Shown piece after piece: positions 33,071-41,407 of a DNA stretch of 43,234 bases (position 1 is its first letter; each line of letters starts with the position of its first letter). The DNA is taken from contig JAQGHP010000048.1 in the NCBI GenBank assembly GCA_028288775.1, forward strand, positions 1-43,234, given 5' to 3'. The position numbers and the translations under genes are program-made. The DNA is from Phycisphaerales bacterium (GTDB taxonomy: Bacteria; Planctomycetota; Phycisphaerae; Tepidisphaerales; Tepidisphaeraceae). Below the pieces are notes generated by a model that was given only the letters and a program-made list of their open reading frames with translations, had not been told where the DNA came from and ran no database searches.

Positions 33071-34069
33071 TCATTCCTTCAGCAGTTTCGCCAGCAGTTC
33101 CGCGTAGTAGGTGATGATTAAATCCGCCCCCGCGCGTTTGATCGCCATCAGGGATTCGAGCACGGCGCGCTCGCGGTCCAGCCATCCATTGCGTGCCGCG
33201 GCTTCCAGCATCGCGTACTCGCCGCTGACCTGATAGGCCACCACCGGCACCTGCACCGCTCCGCGCACCGCGGCCAGCACATCAAGGTACGGCCCCGCCG
33301 GCTTTACCATCACCATGTCCGCGCCCTGCCGCACGTCGAGCTGCGCTTCGAGCAGGGCTTCATCGAGGCCGCGTGCGGGGTCCATCTGGTAGCCGCGTCG
33401 GTCGCCGAATTCCGGCGTGGAATCCGCGGCGTCGCGGAACGGGCCATAGAACGCGCTCGCGTATTTCACCGAATAGGCGAGGATGGAAACGTCCGCGAAC
33501 CCCGCGCCATCGAGCCCGCCGCGTAGCGCGCCGACCGTCCCGTCCATCATCCCGCTGGGGGCGATGACCGCGGCTCCGGCCTTCGCATGGTTCACCGCCT
33601 GCCGCACGAGTAGCTCAACCGTCGCGTCATTGTTTACCGTGGACCCGTCGGCGGAAATCGGCCCACAATGCCCGTGGCTCGTGTATTCGCAGAAACATAA
33701 ATCGGTAATCCCCGCCATCGGAATCTTCTTCTCCGCGGCTTTGCGAAACAGTTGGCAGACGACGTTATTTTCGTCGAGCGCCGCCGACCCCGACGTGTCT
33801 TTCGCCTTGCGGTCGATCACCCCGAAAGCCAGATACGCCCCAAACCCCTCCTCGGCCCGACGGCTCAATTCGCCCAGCGCCACGTCGATAGACATCTGGT
33901 ACACACCCGGCATCGAAGGCACTTCCTGCCGGACGCCGGACCCTTCGCGCACGAAGACGGGCACGATGAAATCACTCCGCCGCAACGTTACCCGCGGCAG
34001 CATCCGGCGCAGCTGCGCCTGCTGCCGAAGCCGGCGGGGACGGATGGGGAGATCAAATGAGTCACTCAT
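33071..34069 (-). CDS. hemB: porphobilinogen synthase (delta-aminolevulinate dehydratase)
   Basis: RPRRLRQQAQLRRML...DFIVPVFV, CFCEYTSHGHCG, MVKPAGPYLD and VAYQVSGEYAM are conserved HemB blocks. ATG 34069. Confidence 0.95.
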   Translation of the reverse strand: MSDSFDLPIRPRRLRQQAQLRRMLPRVTLRRSDFIVPVFVREGSGVRQEVPSMPGVYQMSIDVALGELSRRAEEGFGAYLAFGVIDRKAKDTSGSAALDENNVVCQLFRKAAEKKIPMAGITDLCFCEYTSHGHCGPISADGSTVNNDATVELLVRQAVNHAKAGAAVIAPSGMMDGTVGALRGGLDGAGFADVSILAYSVKYASAFYGPFRDAADSTPEFGDRRGYQMDPARGLDEALLEAQLDVRQGADMVMVKPAGPYLDVLAAVRGAVQVPVVAYQVSGEYAMLEAAARNGWLDRERAVLESLMAIKRAGADLIITYYAELLAKLLKE

Positions 34070-34122
34070 GCCCGGGATTATACGGGCGTTTGGAAGTGCT
34101 TTCACATTCGCCGCGATAGCCC

Positions 34123-34191
34123 GTGGCACGGGCGGCCCGCCCGTGTATTGCGGCTATTGCCCGGGCTTCATGGGCGAGCCGCCCATGCCAC
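34123..34191. repeat. family 2 paired palindrome
   Basis: GTGGCACGGGCGGCCCGCCCGTG, a 23-nt spacer, then CATGGGCGAGCCGCCCATGCCAC. Located in the hemB / hlyIII divergent region. Confidence 0.9.
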
Positions 34192-34353
34192 GGAAAAACC
34201 GCATCTCATAACATGACATTGCCCAATTTTTCATGCGGCGAACCTATTGCATCCGTATACAATTTCCTCCCAGCTCTATGCGGGTCCAGGCAGAGAACCC
34301 GGACCACGCGAGTCAATGTGAAGCATCCGCACAGAATTCGAGGAGTCGCGGCC

Positions 34354-35001
34354 ATGTCCGATTTCCGTCGATGGGTCAAAGATCCTTTCCCTGGTCTCTC
34401 CCACTTTTTCGGCGCGCTGCTGGCCGTCGTCGGACTGGTCGTGCTGTTGATCGTCGCGGCGGGTCGCCCCTGGCAGGTCGTCTCGTTCTCGATCTACGGC
34501 ACCACCATGATTCTGCTCTACCTCGCGAGCGGGCTCGCGCATTCCGTCTACTGTTCGCCGCGTGTCGAAAAATGGCTGGATCGTTTCGACTACATCGGGA
34601 TCTATCTGCTCATCGCCGGCACGTACACGCCCATCTGCCTGATCACCCTCCGCGGCCCGTGGGGCTGGAGCATCTTCGGCGTGGAATGGGGCCTGGCCCT
34701 CATCGGCATCATTCTCGTGCTCGCGGGCCTCGATTATTCCAAGCCGCTGCGCACGGGGATTTACGTGGCGATGGGCTGGATGGCGCTGATCGCCGCGATC
34801 CCGACGTTGCACGCGCTGCCGACGAACGCCCTGCTCTGGCTCTTCGCCGGCGGCGCGGCCTACTCCATCGGCGCGATTATCTTCGTCACCAACCGGCCCC
34901 ATCTCTGGCCGGGGTGGTTCAACGCGCATGATTTGTGGCACTGTCTGGTGCTGACGGGGAGTGCGTGCCATTTTATTTTGATGTTATTCTTTGTTGCGTG
35001 A
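34354..35001 (+). CDS. hemolysin III / PAQR family channel protein
   Basis: AGGAG lies 8 nt before ATG 34354. Seven hydrophobic helices. SHFFGALLA, LDYIGIYLLIAGTYTP and HDLWHCLVLTGSACHF motifs. Confidence 0.9.
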   Translation: MSDFRRWVKDPFPGLSHFFGALLAVVGLVVLLIVAAGRPWQVVSFSIYGTTMILLYLASGLAHSVYCSPRVEKWLDRFDYIGIYLLIAGTYTPICLITLRGPWGWSIFGVEWGLALIGIILVLAGLDYSKPLRTGIYVAMGWMALIAAIPTLHALPTNALLWLFAGGAAYSIGAIIFVTNRPHLWPGWFNAHDLWHCLVLTGSACHFILMLFFVA

Positions 35002-35015
35002 GCTTTGTATGTTCC

Positions 35016-35083
35016 GTGGCATGGGCCGCCCGCCCATGGTCCCGCGGCTATAGGCGCGATCCACGGGCGGGCCGCCCGTGCCA
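35016..35083. repeat. family 2 paired palindrome
   Basis: GTGGCATGGGCCGCCCGCCCATGG, a 22-nt spacer, then CACGGGCGGGCCGCCCGTGCCAC. Located between hlyIII and the Gfo/Idh/MocA gene. Confidence 0.9.
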
Positions 35084-35113
35084 CTGGAAATCTGAAGCAA
35101 TTAGCGAGATCCC

Positions 35114-36133
35114 ATGACCACCCTCCGCTGGGGAATCCTTGGAACCGGCAACATTGCCCGGCAATTCGCCGGCGCGTTCGGCACCGCCCGCCGGGGCGTT
35201 CTCGCGGTAGTCGGTTCCCGTGAATCTTCCTCCGCGCAATCCTTCGCCCAAACCCATCGCATCCCGACTCACTTCGGATCATACGAGCAAGTGCTCCGGG
35301 CGAAGGACGTGGACGCGGTCTACATTTCCCTCCCCAATTCCATGCACCACGAATGGACGATCCGGGCGCTCGAAGCCGGTAAACACGTGCTGTGCGAAAA
35401 GCCCATCGCCAGCAACGCGGCCGAGGCCCAGGATATGTTCGACGTCGCCCGGCGGACCGGCCGCGTGCTGATGGAAGCGTTTATGTACCGCTCCCACCCG
35501 CTCACCCACGCAATCGTCGGGGCCGTTCGCGGCGGGGCCGTCGGCCAAGTTCGGCTCATCCGCACCAGCTTCTGTTACCGCACCAATCGCATCGCCGGCA
35601 ACATCCGTTTCGACCCCGCCCTTGCCGGGGGCGTGCTGATGGATGTGGGGTGCTACTGCATCGACTTCTCCCGCCTCATCGCCGGCGCGGAACCCGGCCG
35701 CGTGGTGGGCGTCGGCCACATGCACGCCTCGGGCGTCGATGAAATCGCCGCGGCGGTGCTCGAATTCCCCGGCGGCAACACCGCCACCTTCTCCTGCGGC
35801 ATGAGCGTGCAAGCCGATAACACCGCCCAAATCTGCGGCACCGAAGGCTTCATCGAAATCCCCGTCCCCTGGAAACCCCCCGTGCATAACGCGACGTGGA
35901 CCCTCGCCCACTCCACGCCGCCCAAGATGGACCTGGCCGCGAAGGCTGTCGCCCCGCCAGCCCGGCAGACGTTTACCGTCAGTGCTGACCGCGAGCTTTA
36001 CGCACTCGAGGCCGACGACTTCGCCCACGCCGTGCTCGACGGAACACCCATACGCGTGAGCGAGCAGGACACGCTGGGGAACATGCGCGTGCTCGATGAA
36101 CTGCGCAAGCAGATCGCAAGTACTGTGCGCTGA
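35114..36133 (+). CDS. Gfo/Idh/MocA family oxidoreductase
   Basis: RWGILGTGNIARQF Rossmann start and VLCEKPIA motif. Confidence 0.9.
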   Translation: MTTLRWGILGTGNIARQFAGAFGTARRGVLAVVGSRESSSAQSFAQTHRIPTHFGSYEQVLRAKDVDAVYISLPNSMHHEWTIRALEAGKHVLCEKPIASNAAEAQDMFDVARRTGRVLMEAFMYRSHPLTHAIVGAVRGGAVGQVRLIRTSFCYRTNRIAGNIRFDPALAGGVLMDVGCYCIDFSRLIAGAEPGRVVGVGHMHASGVDEIAAAVLEFPGGNTATFSCGMSVQADNTAQICGTEGFIEIPVPWKPPVHNATWTLAHSTPPKMDLAAKAVAPPARQTFTVSADRELYALEADDFAHAVLDGTPIRVSEQDTLGNMRVLDELRKQIASTVR

Positions 36134-36146
36134 AATGGAATATCCC

Positions 36147-36251
36147 TTCACGCCGGGTACGAGCTGAAAGCGAGGCCCCGGATTCTTCGGGAGATGGAAT
36201 TTTCCAACCCGTAAAATCCGGGGCCTCGCTGTCGCTCGTACCCGGCGTGAA
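36147..36251. repeat. 105-bp near-perfect composite palindrome
   Basis: TTCACGCCGGGTACGAGC + AGCGAGGCCCCGGATT ... AATCCGGGGCCTCGCT + GCTCGTACCCGGCGTGAA. Confidence 0.9.
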
Positions 36252-36330
36252 TAATCGCGCTCAGTCCTCAGCCTGCTTCTCTCTGCCTTTTTTCTAATGC
36301 CTACTGCTTGCTGCGTCCTAACCCCGTACC

Positions 36331-36987
36331 ATGTTCCTCATGACAATTATTCAGGCCACGGGCGGACTTGCCGTCACCAATAGCTTCCTTGTCGTGGACG
36401 ACGCGACGAAAAAGGCCGTCATCTTTGACGCACCCGACCACACCGTCGGCCCGTTGCTCGAGAGGGCGCGGGCACAGGGGTGGGACGTCATCGGGCTGTG
36501 GCTGACCCACGGGCATTTCGACCACCTCGCGGATCATTTGGAAGTGACAACGGCATTCCCCGCGGCGAAGGTGTTGATCCACCCGCTCGACGAGCCCAAG
36601 CTCCGCCAGCCCAACACCCGGTTTTTTCAGCTCCCGTTCGTCATTCCCTCGCGAGCGCCCGATGCGCTGATCGAAGACGGGCAAGAGCTGAGGCTCGGGA
36701 ACTTGAAGGTGAAGGTGATCCACACGCCGGGCCATGCGCCCGGGCACGTGATGTTTCATTTCCCCGAGGAAAACGCCCTCATCGGCGGAGACCTCATTAT
36801 CATGAACGCAGTCGGCCGCACCGACCTCCCCGACTCCGAACCCGAAGCCCTCAACGCCTCGATCCGCAAGGTAATGAAGCTTCCCCCCGAAACCCGCCTC
36901 TTCCCCGGCCACGGCCACCCCAGCACCCTTCGCGAGGAATTGGAAACCAACCCGTACGTGCAGGCTGCAATGGAAGAAGAGAAATAA
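36331..36987 (+). CDS. MBL-fold metallo-hydrolase (glyoxalase II-like)
   Basis: LTHGHFDH, HTPGHAPGH, GDLIIMNAVGRTD and FPGHGHPST. Confidence 0.9.
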   Translation: MFLMTIIQATGGLAVTNSFLVVDDATKKAVIFDAPDHTVGPLLERARAQGWDVIGLWLTHGHFDHLADHLEVTTAFPAAKVLIHPLDEPKLRQPNTRFFQLPFVIPSRAPDALIEDGQELRLGNLKVKVIHTPGHAPGHVMFHFPEENALIGGDLIIMNAVGRTDLPDSEPEALNASIRKVMKLPPETRLFPGHGHPSTLREELETNPYVQAAMEEEK

Positions 36988-37020
36988 ACGCCAAGACGCC
37001 GGGAGGGAAACGGGGAAAAT

Positions 37021-37158
37021 CGAACGCAGAGACGCCGAGGCGCAGAGGTAGGAAAGAGGGGAGGGAACACGCGGGGGGATTCAATCGTTTGGACGCAAGC
37101 TTTGCCGACATCAGGCATTTCCGCACTTCTCTTTCCTACCTCGGCGTCTCTGCGTTCG
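37021..37158. repeat. long hairpin, family 5 variant (CGCAGAGACGCCGAGG type)
   Basis: CGAACGCAGAGACGCCGAGG[CGCAGAG]GTAGGAAAGAG (37021-37058) against CTCTTTCCTACCTCGGCGTCTCTGCGTTCG (37129-37158). Confidence 0.85.
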
Positions 37159-37193
37159 GTTCACGCGACGTTCCAGGTAGTCAGTCACAAAAT

Positions 37194-37279
37194 GCACAGG
37201 GGCCACAGAGAGGGAGAAGAGCAGACCAGGATTTTGATTGAATTGATTTCCTCTCTGTGCCCTTTGTGGCCTCTGTGCC
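37194..37279. repeat. hairpin, family 5 (GCACAGGGGCCACAGAGAGGGA / TCCTCTCTGTGCCCTTTGTGGCCTCTGTGC)
   Basis: Arms at 37194-37215 and 37249-37279. Same word set as 30837-30931. Confidence 0.8.
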
Positions 37280-37340
37280 ACGGACAAGCCCAGTGGTCAT
37301 TGAATCGCAATCTGGTCGCAAATCACCCGCGGGCGCTTTG

Positions 37341-38564
37341 TTACTCCGCCAACTCGCGCCAAACGTCCCCGAGATTCAATGTCATCTTCACGCGGACCGC
37401 CCCCGGCGTCGGCGAATCGTAATCCACCTTGGACAATCTCGCCCGGCTCAGGCTCCGGGAGACCGCCGCCTCGATGCGGGGGTTTTGGCGGGCGGCATCG
37501 CCCAGCGTGAGCTTCGCCGTCAGCGGCAGTGCGTTTATGCGGCCGCGGAGATGTTCCAGCGCAACGGCCTCCGCCGCTCGCGCAGTGCGAAGCTTGGGGC
37601 TCGAGGCGGCAGTGGCGGACCCCTCGGCGTCGGCGATGTCATCGGCCCATGCCGGGGGCTCGAGGGGGATCGCCACTGCCGCGGCTCCGGCTTGGCCCGC
37701 GACCGCGACCGCGCGGCCCACGGGCGGCGCCATCCGGTCTTCCACCTGCTTGCGCATTTGGTCCCATTGCGCTTCGCTCCGCGGCGCGGGCACGTCGGAT
37801 TGCCGCTCCAGGCCCGCGCGAAGTGTGGACCACAATTCGTCCGGGGCGGCGGCGAGCGTCAGCCGCACTTCCAGGTCATCGCGAAATTCAATCGATGTGA
37901 TCGGCCGGCTCCCGAGCCACTTGCCGACCGCGTCGTTGATGGCCGGAGTCGCCAGCACATCTGCCATCTTTTTTCCATCGGCAAAATCAATCGGCCGCAC
38001 GCTGTCGAGCACGCGCTCCGCCGCATTGCGGCGGGCGGCGTTGATTGCGGCACACCGGTCCTTATCGCCCACCGACCGCCACGCCACTTGCGAATCATCG
38101 GGCCGCAGGCGCTCCACCGCGGCACCGGCGGTGCTCGATCCGGTCGCGGGGAAAGTCCGGTCGTTCCAGCTCTTAAGCCGCTCCCGCAGAACGGCCAGGG
38201 AAACCGGCACGGCCTTGGGATGTTTGTCGGCGAGCTCAAGCAAAGCGCGGGCGACGTCCGCCCCGCGCACTTCCAGACGCACCTGGCAGGTCTGATCATC
38301 GAGCCAACGCGTGCCGCCGATCTGGTCGGCGGAATGCAGCACGGCGTCAAGCTGAGGTTGCCCGCCAGTGCGTTCGACGAGCGATTGAACGGTCAAATCC
38401 CCCGCCACCGGCATTGCCAGCACTTCCCGGCGAAGCCCCTCGTACGCGTCCGCTGTCGCGGCGGCCACCTGCGACCGGCGCGCGTCCTCCTGCCCCCGCG
38501 CGCCCGCGCAGAGCAGTACGACCGCGATCATGCCGATCACCAGGCGCATCGCCATCCCATGCAT
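37341..38564 (-). CDS. secreted protein with three ~100-aa internal repeats (LPP20/FlgP-like helix-then-strand modules?)
   Basis: Signal peptide MAMRLVIGMIAVVLLCAGARG. Three modules begin with AYEGLRREVLAMPV, AAINAARRNAAERVLDSVRPI and ARAAEAVALEHLRGRINALPL, and end with VRLEV, VRLTL and VKMTL. The start is one of three ATGs at 38549-38564. Confidence 0.65.
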   Translation of the reverse strand: MHGMAMRLVIGMIAVVLLCAGARGQEDARRSQVAAATADAYEGLRREVLAMPVAGDLTVQSLVERTGGQPQLDAVLHSADQIGGTRWLDDQTCQVRLEVRGADVARALLELADKHPKAVPVSLAVLRERLKSWNDRTFPATGSSTAGAAVERLRPDDSQVAWRSVGDKDRCAAINAARRNAAERVLDSVRPIDFADGKKMADVLATPAINDAVGKWLGSRPITSIEFRDDLEVRLTLAAAPDELWSTLRAGLERQSDVPAPRSEAQWDQMRKQVEDRMAPPVGRAVAVAGQAGAAAVAIPLEPPAWADDIADAEGSATAASSPKLRTARAAEAVALEHLRGRINALPLTAKLTLGDAARQNPRIEAAVSRSLSRARLSKVDYDSPTPGAVRVKMTLNLGDVWRELAE

Positions 38565-38819
38565 TGAATCAGTCCGCCATGCGATTTGCACACCCTTTCA
38601 GACAGTGTCAATAGTCATACGTTAGCAGACCGGGGGCTATTACGTCAGACCCATGTGGCGATTCTCCCGCTCGCCATTGATGGCGCTGTTTTTCGCTCAA
38701 AGATTATGGGACCCAGCGACGGCCGCATTGCCGCGTTCTCGCGTGGAATTTACCCCCGAATTGATTCCCACGGCGTGCGGCCCCGCTTAGCTACTGCTCC
38801 CGCCTTCCCAATTTTCTGC

Positions 38820-38851
38820 TTGATTTATTCCTGCATGGGAATATTATATTC
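38820..38851 (+). promoter_or_regulatory. putative arsR-like promoter with an overlapping palindromic operator
   Basis: TTGATT (38820-25), a 16-nt spacer, TATTAT (38842-47). The perfect 13-bp palindrome GAATATTATATTC (38839-38851) overlaps the -10. The GTG start is at 38855. Confidence 0.4.
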
Positions 38852-38854
38852 GCC

Positions 38855-39223
38855 GTGCCCCGTGCCGCCACCACCGCCGACGTGTTCAACGCGATTGCCG
38901 AGCCCCGGCGGCGCGAGATCATCGACGTGCTGTCACGGGGGCGGGCGCGGGCCGTTGGGGATCTTGTCGAGACGCTGGGTCTCTCGCAGCCGGCAGTTTC
39001 CAAGCACCTGGCCGTGCTGCGGACGGTCGGCATCGTTTCGATGGACAAGGACGGGCAGCGTAGGCTTTACCGGCTTAACGCAAAAGAGCTGAAGCCCGTA
39101 CACGACTGGGTGAAAAATTACGAGCGGTTCTGGACAGCCCACCTCGATAGCATCAAGGAGCGCGCCGAGCGCATCGCGAAGGAACGCGCGGCCCAGGGGA
39201 ACAAACCAGACAAGGAGAAGTAG
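38855..39223 (+). CDS. ArsR/SmtB family transcriptional regulator
   Basis: FNAIAEPRRREIIDVL...VGDLVETLGLSQPAVSKHLAVLRTVGIV is a winged HTH. GTG start. Confidence 0.85.
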   Translation: MPRAATTADVFNAIAEPRRREIIDVLSRGRARAVGDLVETLGLSQPAVSKHLAVLRTVGIVSMDKDGQRRLYRLNAKELKPVHDWVKNYERFWTAHLDSIKERAERIAKERAAQGNKPDKEK

Positions 39224-39225
39224 CC

Positions 39226-39687
39226 ATGCACGCGAACGCGACAGACCAGGAAATTCAGACAATCCATATCGTCAAGGAGATCGACATTGCCGCCCCGATC
39301 GACATCGCCTTCGAGGCCGTGCTCGATCAGATGGGCCCCGGCGGGCAAATGCCCGACGGCACGCCGTATCCGAAGAAGCTCGAGGCGTGGCCGGGTGGGC
39401 GCTGGTACCGCGACCTCGGAAATGACGCCGGGCATCTATGGGGGCACGTGCAGGTCATCAAGCCGCCGACGCTGATCGAAATCTGCGGCCCCATGTTCAT
39501 GTCTTATCCCGTCGCGTCTCACGTGCAGTACCGCCTCACCGCGCAGGGCGACGGCACGCGCCTTGTGCTCACCCACCGGGCTTTCGGGCAAATCTCCACT
39601 GAGCATCAGAAGGGCGTGGTGATGGGCTGGGGATACGGCGTCCAACAGATTCGCGAGATCGCGGAGAAATTGAAGGGCAAACGCTGA
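39226..39687 (+). CDS. SRPBCC family protein (Aha1/AHSA1 domain)
   Basis: AAGGAGAAG lies upstream, and the gene starts 2 nt after the arsR-like stop. The IHIVKEIDIAAPIDIAFEAVL start and WGHVQVIKPP region are typical. The ArsR + SRPBCC pairing is a common operon. Confidence 0.85.
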   Translation: MHANATDQEIQTIHIVKEIDIAAPIDIAFEAVLDQMGPGGQMPDGTPYPKKLEAWPGGRWYRDLGNDAGHLWGHVQVIKPPTLIEICGPMFMSYPVASHVQYRLTAQGDGTRLVLTHRAFGQISTEHQKGVVMGWGYGVQQIREIAEKLKGKR

Positions 39688-39717
39688 ATCGTATTAGGGA
39701 ACGTTTCCCAACCCATT

Positions 39718-39786
39718 GTGGCACGGGCGCCCCGCCCGTGTTAGCCGCTGGAGCGGCGGGTACATGGGCGAGGCCGCCCATGCCAC
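39718..39786. repeat. family 2 paired palindrome, intercistronic SRPBCC|VOC
   Basis: GTGGCACGGGCGCCCCGCCCGTG, a 22-nt spacer, then CATGGGCGAGGCCGCCCATGCCAC. Confidence 0.9.
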
Positions 39787-39840
39787 AAAGGATTTCAAAA
39801 CCAATTCTTGGCGGTCGATCCGCTTTAAGCGAGGATTCCC

Positions 39841-40251
39841 ATGCAAATTAACCCCTATCTCACGTTTCCCGGAAATTGCGAAGCGGCATTCAAGTTCTAT
39901 GCCCAGGTTCTTCACGGCGAGATCGCAATGATGATGACGCACAAGGGCACACCGGCGGAGGGACACGTGCCGTCAGCGTGGCTGGAAAAGATCATGCACG
40001 CCCGCCTCGTGGTCGGCGACAAAGTCCTGATGGGCTCCGACAGCCCGCCCGATCGCTTCGAAAAGCCGCAGGGCTTTTCCGTAACGCTCGGCATCGACGA
40101 GCCTGCTGAGGCGGAGCGCGTGTTCCACGCGCTGGCGGAGAAAGGGAGCGTGAAGATGCCGATCCAGGAGACTTTCTGGGCCGCCCGGTTCGGCATGCTC
40201 GTCGATCAGTTCGGGATCCCCTGGATGATTAACTGCGAGAAACCGCGCTAA
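39841..40251 (+). CDS. VOC / glyoxalase-fold protein (PhnB/YjdN-like)
   Basis: MQINPYLTFPGNCEAAFKFY...FWAARFGMLVDQFGIPWMIN is the conserved PhnB-like pattern. Confidence 0.85.
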   Translation: MQINPYLTFPGNCEAAFKFYAQVLHGEIAMMMTHKGTPAEGHVPSAWLEKIMHARLVVGDKVLMGSDSPPDRFEKPQGFSVTLGIDEPAEAERVFHALAEKGSVKMPIQETFWAARFGMLVDQFGIPWMINCEKPR

Positions 40252-40313
40252 TTCCCCGTGCGAGGACGCCCCGCCAGTGTATCGCAACTAAATGGCAGTG
40301 TGTGATTGTGCTT

Positions 40314-40365
40314 TTGTGGTGCAGGCTTTCAGCCTGCATTTGCAGCCTCAAAGCCTGCACCACAA
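40314..40365. repeat. hairpin TTGTGGTGCAGGCTTT ... AAAGCCTGCACCACAA with an inner TGCAGGCT-TTC-AGCCTGCA palindrome
   Basis: Perfect 16-bp outer arms. Located between the convergent VOC and hypA-like genes, so likely a bidirectional terminator. Confidence 0.85.
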
Positions 40366-40387
40366 TTTACAAATCATTCACGGTCAT

Positions 40388-40795
40388 TTAGAGCGGCGAC
40401 ACGGGCGAGGCGTCCGAAGCACCAAGTGACGTGACGTTACTTTCCAGCGGGCGGTCGATCACCTCCAGCCCAACCACCTCGAGCTCGCGGCCGCTTATGA
40501 CCCGGGCCGCCGGCGCGCCGCAACGGGAGCAGTTCATCTCTTGCAGAGATGTCGCCGGACGCTCCGCCGAGCATGCGTCGCAATAAATGATGATCGGCGT
40601 CTCCTCGATCACCAGCCGCGCGCCGGGCATCGGCGATTCCTCGCGCGCCATCTCAAATGCCGAGATGAGCGCCTCCTTCACCACGCCCGACAGCGGCCCG
40701 AGTCGTAGGCGGATGGCATCCACCTCGACGCCCAGGCGCTCGGCCTCCTCGGCCGCTACGTCCAACAAGCTGACGGCAATGGAAAGTTCGTGCAT
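40388..40795 (-). CDS. hypA: HypA/HybF-like nickel-insertion zinc-finger protein
   Basis: MHELSI N-terminus (MHE Ni site). CDAC...CSRC zinc-finger pair. 135 aa from ATG 40795. Confidence 0.75.
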   Translation of the reverse strand: MHELSIAVSLLDVAAEEAERLGVEVDAIRLRLGPLSGVVKEALISAFEMAREESPMPGARLVIEETPIIIYCDACSAERPATSLQEMNCSRCGAPAARVISGRELEVVGLEVIDRPLESNVTSLGASDASPVSPL

Positions 40796-40912
40796 GGCTT
40801 TCGATACCGGGCGTCTGCCGCGGGGAATTATCTCCGGCACAAAAGCCGCCTCGGAAGACGGTTAGCCTAGCCCCAATCGATCTACTCTGTAAACCGGCAA
40901 AAGGTGGGGCCG

Positions 40913-41365
40913 TCACCTCCCCGCGTATTCGAGCTCGCGCCGCCGGCGCGAGAGCCGCTTGGCGAATACCACGTCCGCCACCGTGATGCCCAGCAGCAGC
41001 AGGGCGGCGGTGGCGTACCCGCTGGGCCGGCGGGTTTTCCGGGCGACCGCCGCGAACAACGCTCCGTCCAGCGCGTCGCCCGCAACCCGCGACCACACGC
41101 CGGGCGTCGGGTCGCGGTGGGTGAGGATGTCTGCGCCGTGCATCAACTCGCGCGCCCCCAGCACGCGCAGAATATTGGAGTGCTGGCCGCGGCCGATACC
41201 GAGCCACTGCTCGATTTTCTCGGGCATCGTCAGCTCGGCCAGGCCGATGCCGATGCTCGCGAACCCGAGCGCGCGGCCGCCGACCTTGTCTACGATGGTC
41301 GGGGCTTCCGATTTCGACCTAAGCATGGATTGCGATTTCGACCTAAACATAGAAAAGCGTGCCAT
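40913..41365 (-). CDS. hypothetical protein (150 aa) with a C-terminal hydrophobic helix
   Basis: GGGAGG lies 6 nt before ATG 41365. An in-frame 24-bp tandem duplication at the N-terminus (41309-41350) gives SMFRSKSQ / SMLRSKSE. YATAALLLLGITVADVVFA looks like a TM helix. Confidence 0.6.
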   Translation of the reverse strand: MARFSMFRSKSQSMLRSKSEAPTIVDKVGGRALGFASIGIGLAELTMPEKIEQWLGIGRGQHSNILRVLGARELMHGADILTHRDPTPGVWSRVAGDALDGALFAAVARKTRRPSGYATAALLLLGITVADVVFAKRLSRRRRELEYAGR

Positions 41366-41407
41366 GTCCGACCTCCCAAAACTGCTCCAACGGATACCGC
41401 ACGCGGC

